Origin: Wallemia ichthyophaga EXF-994
Taxonomy: Eukaryota; Fungi; Basidiomycota
Assembly: GCF_000400465.1 (NCBI RefSeq)
Contig: NW_008806278.1
Coordinates: forward strand, 412,592-444,591
DNA: 32,000 nucleotides
Reading direction: 5' to 3'
Shown here: one piece after another, positions 10,901 to 21,393 of the stretch
How positions within the stretch are numbered: position 1 is the first letter of the stretch
How the letters are laid out: each line of letters opens with the position of its first letter
Made by a program: the position numbers and the translations under genes
The notes under the pieces: generated by a model
Told to the model about the DNA's origin: nothing
Database searches by the model: none
Seen by the model: only the letters and a program-made list of their open reading frames with translations

Positions 10901-13584
10901 TTATTTATCTAAATCCATCAAATTCTCATCTGTAGACGATCTACTAAATAATTGATTGTCATCTTGATCGACGAGAATAAGACTAGCTTGGGCGGAGGTG
11001 TTTGGAGTGTTTGGAGTGAATGATGTCCGTTGACCTTGTGGAGATGGTTGAGGTTGTAGAGATTGGTTTTGTATTGGTTTCATTTGATAAATAATCTGTT
11101 TATTGAGTGTGGACTTAGAGAGCATGTTGACTATACTATCCATGAAGGAAGCATCTTCTTCCCTCTCCAGTGCCCCCGTAGAACGTTTCTTATTCACACT
11201 ATCTAATATTGGATGTTGGAGTATCTGGTATGCCGAAGGTCTGTTTTCGGGGTTGGGGTCGAGCATAGCCTTGATGAGGTCAACGAGTGCAATTGATAGA
11301 TCGTCAAATGGACATTCACTAAAATCTAGTGACCTCAGCTTCTGCCATGGTTCTCCATTTCCTGGTAGGACAATGTTGCAACTGGCTTCGAGGATAATCA
11401 GACCGAGTGAGAAGATATCGGCTGCATGGCTATAATTTCCCCGAAGAATTTCAGGAGCAAGATACTCTCTATCACCTTCTCTCTCCAAATCACCTGCATA
11501 AAGACTAATGTCATCTTCTTCTACCCCATCTGACGCTTCTAGCACCGTCGTTAACATGGATATAGGACCATCTGTATCGGGCTCAGACTTCCGCCGCTTT
11601 GGTAAGTTCTTGTACTGTGTTGACGTACGCAGCTGCGATTCTTGAACTGCTAGACCGAAATCTCCTATTAGGAGCGTACCATTCGATGCAACAAAGATGT
11701 TGGCTGGTTTGAGATCTAAATGCCAAATACCTGAAGCGTGAAGGAATCGAACTCCCTAAAGGATGAAGTCAGTAATTGCATTTGCACAAACTCATCCAAC
11801 TAACCTCTGCAATATCGCCTAGCATCTTCCAAACACGTGTCTCATCTAATTTTTCAAACCTGGAGCCATAGTCGTCCAAGAAGTTATTGAGTGAACCCTT
11901 TTCACACAATTCGGTCTGTATATAAAGTCTGTTATTCTCCTCCCAGTAATCATTCAATTTGATAATATTTGGATGTGGTGATAACTTGGAAAGCGTAATT
12001 GGTTCATTTAGCTGTCGTAATCTATCGCGACCACCTTCAAATGGTTTGCCACGTTTGATAGCGTATATTTGACCGTTGTAAGCCGCTTGTCGTTTACATG
12101 CAATGAAAGCTTCTGAGAATTCACCTTTACCAAGTTGAGAAATGATGAAGAATTCTCTTTCGAATCTGCCTTGCGGGGGTGGAGGTGGAGTGGGACTAAT
12201 TTGGTTTTTATTGACGTTAATAGTACTTGAACTGCCGTCACTATTACTCGGATTGTTAAACTTTATCGTATTACTATCCCTCCCTTTGGCCTTGTCCTTG
12301 TCCGCTTTGGATGATATAGACAACTTGGAAGATGAACGTCTCCTTATGAATGAGGACATTGAAGACATTGACCTAGTTTTTTCACGTGAACGAAGGGATG
12401 AGAAAAGCGAAGGTCGTTTCGGAGAAGTAGGAGATGAAGGTTCGGGGGATGAAGATAAAGGGTTAGAAGCTCTATCAAACAATTGAGATGCACGTCTTGT
12501 GATTTTCGAAGTTTTTGATGTTGGGGTGGCTAATTTTGATGAAGGAGTTGGTGAGTTTGCAGTGTTGCTGTTGTCTGTTAAGTGTTAGATGAGTAATAAG
12601 TGATAAGAAAACCAACTCACTTTCATCAAAATGATTTGTTGGAGTTAAGCATTCATCGTCGTAAGTCTTGCGAGTGCTTGGACTACCATCACTATCACTG
12701 GAAGCAGTAGTGCGATTACTACTCAAACTAAGAGCAGACGATCTGCGTAATATGGCCATTCTGCCTTTACCTCTACCATTGTTGCTCTGATCTTCATCTT
12801 TTGAAGGAGAATTTGCAGCTAGAGCCAAATTTAAACTGAGTCTTTTAGCGGATTTACCGAAGAATGAAGTGCGATTCTTAGTTTGTTGAGCAGGTAAAGA
12901 TTGTGACATATCAGCTTGAGCTTTAGCGGCGAATGCAGAGGGTTTAGCGGGAGTGTCAGGCATATGAGGAAGATAAGCAGGAGAACCAGAAGGGCCAATG
13001 TTTGAGGGATTAAAGGGTTTGGATTTCTTCGAAAGGAGAGTAGACGGAGCTTGGAATGCAGCCTGTAAAGGTCTAGCGGAAGCGTAGGAAGTTGGTTGAA
13101 GGGGAAAAGAAGCTCTATTAGGAGGATCAGGAGGATCAGGGGAAGGAAAGATATTTCTATATCTTTGGTTGTTCCCAGTAGAATTTGGAGGAATAGAAGA
13201 TTTCTTTGAACTTCTTTTAAAGTGAGGAATTGAGTGATCACTGTGGTTTGAGCGTAGACTTGATCTTCTTGAAGGTTTTTCAGTGGGAGAGAGAGTAGAG
13301 AAGACCTTCCTTGGACGTTGAGAAGGTGGAGGATTAACAGAGGGCTCTGGTGGTGGTCGAAGGTAGTTGACTTTGTTGATGGATTTGAATGAATTCAAAG
13401 ATTCTGAGTTGATGGTGGTGTGTACATCTGAGCTTGTAGATGATTGGCTGCTGCTGTTGAAAAAGGAATACGTTTCATCCAAGATATCTTCATCAGAGTT
13501 ATTCGATGATGTCGTCGTCGTCGTCGCCGTCGAAGGAGACGAAATTATTTGATTAAAATTTAATTTCGATGGCGTTAATAACAT
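10901..13584 (-). CDS. WEE1: Wee1/Swe1/Mik1-family protein kinase. Exons 13584-12621, 12574-11805, 11755-10901
   Basis: Long Ser/Pro-rich N-terminus; LGKGEFS; YAIKR; HLDLKPANIF; IGDFGLA; EGDREYLAPE; DIFSLGLIILE...NIVLPGNGEPWQKLRS. Introns of 46 and 49 nt. Confidence 0.93.
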
Positions 13585-13666
13585 TGCATTCTAATTTCTT
13601 TGATTTCAATATTCAAAATTACGTCCCCTGTGATGGTATGAGTGAAAGGTGTATGCCGTCGAGTAG

Positions 13667-13672
13667 ACGCGT
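13667..13672. promoter_or_regulatory. Possible MCB (MluI cell-cycle box, ACGCGT) 83 nt upstream of the Wee1 start
   Basis: Perfect ACGCGT in an AT-rich intergenic region upstream of a cell-cycle kinase. A 6-mer is expected several times by chance in 32 kb. Confidence 0.25.
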
Positions 13673-13974
13673 CCTCAACTCTAAAATAAGTCATTCTTAA
13701 AAAATATACTTAATTTCTTATTAGATGGTTGAGCTTGAATAACTTAAACTTATTTCTTTAAAAATCTCCTGTCAAACGTACTTGTCTTTGGCGTGATTCT
13801 GGCTTTGGATCGGAGTAGATGGAAATTTATTTCTTAGAGTATGCAAAATCTAAAGACATGAACTCAATAAAGACAATCGTATAAGACATTACATGTTTTA
13901 CTTTCGTTTGAATCCTTTCTAAATCCGTCATTATCCTCTCTCATAACCATCAACTCCACCAACTCCACTGTAAA

Positions 13975-14538
13975 ATGCCTTATCAAAAGACAATAACACT
14001 GTCACGTCAATCAAAAGGCTGTCATTTGGTTACGGATCAAGTTGTAGAGCAAATAAGAGATGGATTATCGAATACTCAGGTTGGAATTCTCAATTTGTTC
14101 ATAAAGCACACATCTGCTGCACTCACTATCAATGAGAATTGCGATTACACAGTGCGTACTGATATGGATCGCTGTTTAGACAAGATTGTTCCCGAATCCT
14201 TCCCTTGGGATCACGTTGACGAGGGCCCGGAGTGGGTTGTTGTGTTTAATTGATTCAAAAGCTCACAATTGCGATAATTAGTGACTCAGTATCACACACC
14301 AAAACATCTTTGATTGGTCCTTCACTCACAATTCCTATTACAAATGGTCGTTTAGCTCTTGGTGGGTTTTTTTTTCAGATTGTGAATTGACCACACTGAC
14401 TCCATCTAAAAGGAACTTGGCAGGGGTGAGTGTATTTTGTGAAAGCAATCTACATTCCTCACATATCATAGGATATATCTCACTGAGTTCAGACATTTGG
14501 CTCACAGTAGGAAAATCTGCTGTACAATTATACCGTAG
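13975..14538 (+). CDS. YjbQ/UPF0047 family protein. Exons 13975-14231, 14282-14361, 14413-14425 (13-nt microexon), 14472-14538
   Basis: [21 protein letters not shown]...[45 protein letters not shown] is reconstructed across introns of 50, 51 and 46 nt. Confidence 0.9.
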
Positions 14539-14770
14539 ATTAAAGTAAGCTAGAGCTTGATGATAATAACGAGTCTATTTAGACCGCTTTCAAGTTGTTT
14601 GCACTTCCCCCTCTAAGCCGTGGCGAAAGCGGAGTTTTGTAAACAAATTATAAATTGATTTGAATAGATCTACGGTAATTGAGAATGCCTGTACAGACAT
14701 TTAAATTTTTAACTCTTTCTTCCTATTGCCACAATAATATGGTTATCTGTTGCTCAGCTCCCATCCAATC

Positions 14771-15635
14771 ATGTTATCCGTTTTAAAGAAGCGTGAGGAA
14801 TTTAGTTGTTTTAAAGGATCTAGCTGAATACGTAGCAGCTCAATTATTATCACCAATTGGTAGACTGCCTACACTTACACGCACTTTGTCAACAACCACT
14901 CAACGTCCTGGGGAAGCATTGGAAGCAAGTCGTCCAATTCCAGCAACAAACATCGCCCAACAAGGCTCAAACCAGCTCAGTCTGGAGCAGCCACGTAATG
15001 GCGTGGAATACGCACTTACTTCATTGGATAAAGTTAGAAGTGAGTCGCTGTCTTCTTTTTTGAGTTTAAGCTGATAATATCATTAGACTGGGGACAGACT
15101 GTAGGTTTACATATTTTAAATGGCTTCTTCACGGCTTCTCTGCGTCGTTTCTTCGAGAAGACGCTGCGACAAGTCCACAAGAAGGTGTACTCAAGAATTA
15201 CCCTCTAACAACCTTCCACAGGGATCCTTATGGCCAATGACTTTCGGATTAGCCTGCTGTGCTATTGAAATGATGCATATGGCCACTGCTCGTTACGATC
15301 AAGACAGACTTGGTGTCGTTTTCCGTGCATCTCCACGTCAATCTGATTTGATGATTGTTGCTGGTACATTAACCAACAAGATGGCTCCTGCCCTTCGCAA
15401 AGTCTATGACCAAACTCCACTTCCTCGTTACGTTATTTCTATGGGTTCTTGCGCTAACGGTGGTGGTTACTACCATTACTCTTACTCTGTCGTACGCGGT
15501 TGCGATCGTATCGTACCTGTGGATGTATACTCACCTGGATGTCCACCAACCGCTGAAGCACTCCTTTATGCTATGCTTCAACTTCAGAGGAAGATGAGAA
15601 GGAACAGACAAGCCACGCTGTGGTACAGGAAGTAG
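14771..15635 (+). CDS. NDUFS7: NADH:ubiquinone oxidoreductase 20-kDa/PSST subunit. Exons 14771-14792, 14836-15039, 15087-15100 (14-nt microexon), 15222-15635
   Basis: Presequence-like N-terminus; spliced [29 protein letters not shown]; FRASPRQSD; [14 protein letters not shown]; [11 protein letters not shown]. Introns of 43, 47 and 121 nt. Confidence 0.96.
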
Positions 15636-15881
15636 ATGAACCTTTCTTGTAATGCTCTCTTTTCTTTTATATTAATATAGTTGATGTTGAAATTTAGAAT
15701 GAGTGAAAAATTTCTGGAAATGTGAGAATAAGGGAAGGAGCGAGGGAGTGAGTGTAAGAAATGATTGAGGTTTGGAATTGATAGTATATGTATAATATTA
15801 AAGTCAAACACATTAAATCAAGTTAAATACATACCATATGCAACTATCACACTAGCAACCAACTTGGAAAAAGTTAAAATA

Positions 15882-17688
15882 ATGGATAATGGGAATAGCG
15901 TGAGTTAGATGGAATTTATATAAGCAATTCTCACCTACGAACTAGTCACAGCTAAAATACCACTCAGAATTCCTCAAGCCCCGATTACCGGAATCGTTAC
16001 TACCTTCAAATACTTCGCTGAGATCAATAAAGTTTAATTCTAATGATGATTTCGCTCGGCCAAGTAATTTGTCCAATTTCCCTGCTGGTTTCCCTCCAAA
16101 AATTGGCTCAAGTGGTCCAACACGCGATCCAAGCACAGACCTTGAGGGCGATCAGATAAATCCCGATGCAGCTCTGCCCACTCCACCTACTCTAAATCCA
16201 CCTGTCGTTGAGATATGCTTGGAATGCATGATGCGCGATAAGGATATGGCCGATGTAGACGTTTCCCCTACGGTTTGGCAGAACGCGTCGGATGGCGAGC
16301 TTGAGAAATCTCTCGCTCTTTGGTCAGCACAGGAGCATAATGGCATATCACCTTCACAGCGAACAGGTCTTCGTCCACAGGATGAGGTTACGGAAGACGC
16401 TTTGGCGACGTGGACCAAGCTCAATCCACCACTTTCCAACTATCGCGCTAGAAATCTCAAGTCATACGTCGCAGATCAAGTCAGTCGTAACAACGTTACA
16501 GCTATTGACAGGACTGTCGACACTATGCTCAAATACCCTTCATCCTCTTCACTCAACCCGCCTCAGTCCCTGAAACAAGTTGCTCCAAGGAGACGCAGAT
16601 TGTCCGAGTCAAGTGCTAACGTTAATGGTAACGCTATTGCGGGTGCGAGTGCAAACGCGGCCGCGAATGCTACTGCGACTGCTAATCCAAATACCCCAAT
16701 CAACAACCGCACTTCAAAGCAAAGCTTGGCTATTTCGCTCGCCAATGCACCGCCTCTACCTGACGATGCGGCGAATGTTATCACAAACTACGGCAAAGGC
16801 GAGGTGAGCAATAGCAGTAAGAGCAGGAGTCGGAGTCATAGTCAAGTTCAGGGTCAGAGTAAGGTTCAAAACAGACCGGCGAGCGTGAGCAATGATTTGC
16901 AAGTTCCAACTAGCGTACCGCGTAACTCTTCGCAGCTGCAAGTTCCTCACAGTCCGCAGTCGACACCGGCGTCGCCATCTACACTCACAGCTACTTCACC
17001 CACCTCGACACATTCCAGACGCCCATTCAGCCTCTTCTTCAGACACAGCAATAGGAGCGTTGCGACGAGCGTCGCGTCTGCTCACCCCTCAGGCTCCATG
17101 GTCGATATGCATCTCGGGCTTGAGAAGGAGCGCGATCCCAACAGGACGAGCTCGATGAATGGGATGGAAGTTTATCAGGGCAAGCAATACCCATCGACAC
17201 GCAGTTTGAACAAGAGCGACGGGAAGCACTCTAAGAAGAAGAAGGGGGGTATAAGGGGGCTGTGGAATAGGATAAGGGGTAAGTCAACGAGTCATGTCCA
17301 TTCTACAACACCAACAACAGCAACACCAACGACAACGACTGGTCGCTCAATGACAGCGTCACCTAGTCTTGACGAACGTCAAAGAGAAGGTAGTCTACTG
17401 GAGCTGCAGCAACAAGCTCAAAAGGAGGATACGAGCAGCCCTCTCCCTCCCCCACCTTCCATGTCCTTTCTCAGTGGTGAACCCCTTGATGTGCCAAATG
17501 CTGCTAAAGTTCAGCCAAATATACCACATATACCAAATAGTGATAGCTTTCCGCGAAATCGCTCCTCGTCGTTCGAGTTGGAATATAGCAGATCTACCTC
17601 AAGCAATTTCCAAACACAACAGCAGAATCAACGCAAAAGCTTGAACAGTGTTGGATCAGGTGGAAGTGCGAGAGATATACCAACATGA
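15882..17688 (+). CDS. Hypothetical Ser/Pro/Thr/Asn-rich protein with a CLECMMRDKDMADVDV motif. Exons 15882-15899, 15952-17688
   Basis: The frame of ORF 16069-17688 stays open back to a CAG acceptor at 15951. ATG GAT AAT GGG AAT AGC|gtgagt supplies an in-phase first exon (52-nt intron). Function not recognised. Confidence 0.72.
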
Positions 17689-17852
17689 ATAGATGATTAC
17701 ACCAAATTGCACTTAAACACACCCTATTCGACTCAAATCTACTATTGTCTATAGACAGACAATATAGCATCTGTATTAACTTTGTTTATCTGAAGAAAAA
17801 GATATGTTTATACCCAATTAAAGTGATTACATTGTGCTTTGGTGGAAAGATT

Positions 17853-19241
17853 TCAAAGCAAACTCTGCAACGTCTTGATTTGCTCCTCGACAGCACTTCT
17901 AGCAGTACCACCAATAGCATTTCTGCGATCGACGGAGGCTTCAAAGTTCCACACCTGCATGACATCCTCACTGAATCTGCTGTCGATTTGTTGGAGGTGA
18001 TCGAGAGTGATGTCAGACAATTGAATTTTGTTCTTCTCCGCAAAAGCGACACATCTGCCTGAAATGTGATGGGTCTCTCTGAATGGAATACCCTTTCTGA
18101 CGAGATAGTCAGCTAAATCGGTAGCGAGCATGTCCATTCCAAGACTCTTGTGCATTTGCTCAGGATGTATGTTGAGTGTTGAAATCACACCAGTGGCTAT
18201 TTGTAACGACGATTTCATGCTATCGACGCAATCAAACAGAGGTTCTTTATCTTCTTGAAGATCTTTATTATAAGTAGAGGGCAGACCTTTAAGCGACATC
18301 AAGAAACCTGTCATCTGACCAAAGATTCTACCGCTTTTACCTCTCAACAATTCAAGACTGTCTGGATTTTTCTTTTGTGGCATGATAGAGCTACCCGTAG
18401 AGTAGGCATCTGCAGCAGTAACAAAGTTGAATTCGTTAGTGGAGTAGATGATAAGATCCTCCGCAAAGCGCGACATATGAGTGAGGGTGAGAGTAGCCCA
18501 CATGAGCCACTCGACGATAAAGTCACGATCAGCTACGCCGTTCATAGAGTTTTCAATAACGCCGCCAAAGTTGAGATCTTTTGCGAGAGTTGCTCTGTCG
18601 ATGGAAAAAGGGTGACCAGCGAGAGCGCCGCAACCGAGTGGAGACTTATTTAAACGTGGCATAAGACCTCTCAGACGATCGAGGTCATTTGCGAAGGAGA
18701 AAGCATGGGAGCAGAGCCAATGTGACCATCTGATAGGCTGAGCGGGTTGGAGGTGAGTGTAGCCGGGCATAAGCACGTCAATCTCATTCAAAGCCCTGCT
18801 GCTGATTACGCCTATGAGGTCTTTAAGGAATGTCTCAACCAGTATGGTCTGCTCGACCAGCCAGAGTCTGACATCTGTGACTACTTGATCGTTGCGTGAA
18901 CGACCTGTGTGGAGTTTACCGGCGACTGGGCCAATAATCTCAGTCAAGCGACGCTCGTTGGCGGTGTGTATGTCCTCGTCTTGGGGATGGATAGTGAATG
19001 AGTTGGTGGACCATTCCTGACCAACCTTATCAAGACCATGTTGAATCTGCGTAGCTTCAGATTGATCAAGTATGCCAATTCTAGCGAGCGCTTGAGCATA
19101 TGCTTTAGACCCGCGGATATCTGCCTCGTAGAGTCTCTTGTCGTAGCTGAGTGATTGATTGTATTGGTGCATCAAAGGATCAGTTTCACCTGTGAATCTG
19201 CCTCCCCATAATTTCTGTTTTCTGAAGTCGTTGTTGGCCAT
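17853..19241 (-). CDS. ARG4: Argininosuccinate lyase (intronless, 462 aa)
   Basis: KLWGGRFTG; [12 protein letters not shown]; [10 protein letters not shown]; MPGYTHLQ; [17 protein letters not shown]; [15 protein letters not shown]. Confidence 0.98.
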   Translation of the reverse strand: MANNDFRKQKLWGGRFTGETDPLMHQYNQSLSYDKRLYEADIRGSKAYAQALARIGILDQSEATQIQHGLDKVGQEWSTNSFTIHPQDEDIHTANERRLTEIIGPVAGKLHTGRSRNDQVVTDVRLWLVEQTILVETFLKDLIGVISSRALNEIDVLMPGYTHLQPAQPIRWSHWLCSHAFSFANDLDRLRGLMPRLNKSPLGCGALAGHPFSIDRATLAKDLNFGGVIENSMNGVADRDFIVEWLMWATLTLTHMSRFAEDLIIYSTNEFNFVTAADAYSTGSSIMPQKKNPDSLELLRGKSGRIFGQMTGFLMSLKGLPSTYNKDLQEDKEPLFDCVDSMKSSLQIATGVISTLNIHPEQMHKSLGMDMLATDLADYLVRKGIPFRETHHISGRCVAFAEKNKIQLSDITLDHLQQIDSRFSEDVMQVWNFEASVDRRNAIGGTARSAVEEQIKTLQSLL

Positions 19242-19277
19242 GGCTGGTGCTAGAAAACACTCATCCACAGCGGGAAT

Positions 19278-20132
19278 ATGTTCAAATACAAAGCATATAC
19301 GCCAAAATCTAAAGGCGGTGGTGGTAGAAAGTCTAATAGAAGGCTGCAAACGGCGTCTGACAATAGCGATCACACTGAGGACAGGATTTCAATTTCATTT
19401 CAAGAGAGAAGACATTCTTTGAAGCGTTCAAAATGGTTTAACGAGGTAGAATGTGGGTTGTATGATGTGTCTAGGCTCATACTCAACCAAATTTAGCCAT
19501 CTTCAATTCTCTAATTGCCGCCGAGGAATGGCCAGTACCAAAGCGTATTGTTGCACTTGGATTGGGCAGCTTCGAATCAAATTCCAACGCTTTAGATCAA
19601 CTTGTAGTTTTGGAATGGCTCACTCAACGCTTACAAATTAATTCGAATCGTGTCACTGTCTTTGATCCAGTTTCAACCGAGTTTGACGTGAAATTTTTGG
19701 ATAAATTTGGATTTAAACATGGCGTTGATGGTGACAATAGCACTATGAACAACACTAACACGCCCAACAATACACCCACAAACACCCTCCTATACATGCC
19801 TCATTGCGATAAATCCCTCTACGAAGAAACGCTAAAATCTTACTGGAATCCACAGTCACTGCCTTGTCTTGTTTTGCTAGGTAATGACCTCTCACTCTAC
19901 TCACAACGACAGAAGGACACTGAGAGAAAGAGCCTAGTAACAAAATTTTGTGAGTCAATGAGAATTTTCATTGGAATAGGATTGACCAACACACCCAGTA
20001 ACATTCTCACAGCAATCACCACTCCCAACACCCCCTGAGGACCTCCTCAACAGCTTCAATGAGCTGTGCGTGCAGTACCTTCCCAGAACGCGATGTGAAT
20101 GGCTCAGTGGGGGGTATTGGGAGGCCAATTGA
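19278..20132 (+). CDS. SRR1-like (SRRD family) protein. Exons 19278-19452, 19497-19949, 19999-20132
   Basis: [10 protein letters not shown]...ALDQL; VFDPV; [13 protein letters not shown]; LVLLGNDL..Y; [10 protein letters not shown]. Introns of 44 and 49 nt restore the frame. Confidence 0.82.
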
Positions 20133-20212
20133 GAGTTATTGTAATGATACCAGCGATAATGCAATGAACATATTAAGAAAGACATATTCTACCCACTCCA
20201 CTCCCACCAACG

Positions 20213-21365
20213 ATGGTAAGCGAGAAGACGGAGTGCAAGCCATCAGCTAACGCCGGACAAGTCCACAAGGCATTTCTTCACGACCTGCAAAGCCAGCAAG
20301 GTGAATTTAACGCCGCTGTCCAACTCCCCTTCGTCTGTAGTGCACGTACCCACAAGTCGGCGTATAGCGTGGAAGAAGCTGCCTGCAATATCGCCCATAC
20401 ACCGCCTACGGCTGTACAAGCAACTAAGCAAAGCGCGCTTGACGTTCCTCGTAACGCTCACTTCGATGGCTGGATATGCACTGTGTCCGGAGAGCGAGGG
20501 AGGCGGAGGAGTGCAGCACGAGGTCAGCACGCTCCTCAGTACAGCCAGTGGCGTCGCGCTGTGCTCAGCTTCCGCCAACGCTTTCAACCAGATGCTGGAG
20601 GTGCCACTCGATGCGCAGATGGCACGCACGCGCATACGTCCACTCTGCACACGCCTCCTGTCGCCGCTCCACGCCGTTGTGTTTGGTGTGGTTGCTGGTG
20701 TGGCTGGTGTGGGCGTACTGAGCTACGGCGTTAACAACACAAGTGCCACACTCGGTGCTGCCAATATACTCCTCTACAGCGCCGTGTATACACCTCTCAA
20801 ACGCGTCCACATTGTCAACACCTGGGTGGGCAGCCTCGTTGGGGCTATACCCCCGCTAATTGGTTGGACCGCGTCTTGTGGTGGTGAATTGGGCGATTTA
20901 AACAATTTCAAACACACCGCTGCACTCTCTGCCTTGCCGTATGTGTTGTACACCTGGCAGTTCCCCCATTTCAACTCCCTCGCTCATCTCCTTCGCCCTC
21001 AGTACGCTGCTTGCGGTTATAAGATGCTAAGTGTTACGAACCCATTGAAAAACAGCATCGTTAGCACCAGGCATGCTCTGTTTATGCTCCCTCTCACTGC
21101 CATCCTCTTCCCGTGGTCGGGTTTGACGACGTGGGGATTCAGCTACACTTCCACACTCCTCAACGCCCCTTTTGCATGGCTTTCGCTCATGTTCTACAGA
21201 GAAATCAAGGCAAACAGACCAGGCGATAAGGCTGCTCGACGACTCTTCCACGCCTCTCTCATTCACCTCCCGCTCACTCTCGTCCTTGCCATGTATCACA
21301 AACGGAGCTCGAACCACATAGACAACTACATAGGAGGAGCAAGTGGCACAAGCAGAAGCATATGA
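20213..21365 (+). CDS. COX10: Protoheme IX farnesyltransferase (heme O synthase). Exons 20213-20215 (ATG only), 20262-21365
   Basis: LSKARLTFLVTLT; SASANAFNQMLEVPLDAQMARTRIRPL; YTPLKRVHIVNTWVGSLVGAIPPLIGW; WQFPHFNSL; LFHASLIHLP. ATG|gtaagc...gctaac...acaag|TCC gives a presequence-like MSTRHFFTTCKASK. Confidence 0.95.
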
Positions 21366-21393
21366 AGCATAGATGTAAATATATTTCAACCTT

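Noticed and set aside
14584-14632. 8-bp inverted repeat CCGCTTTC/GAAAGCGG with a GAAA loop-like segment in the YjbQ-PSST intergenic region
   Set aside because: An 8-bp inverted repeat in about 230 bp is plausible by chance. It does not fit SRP helix 8, and the TGATGA upstream has no paired CTGA D box.
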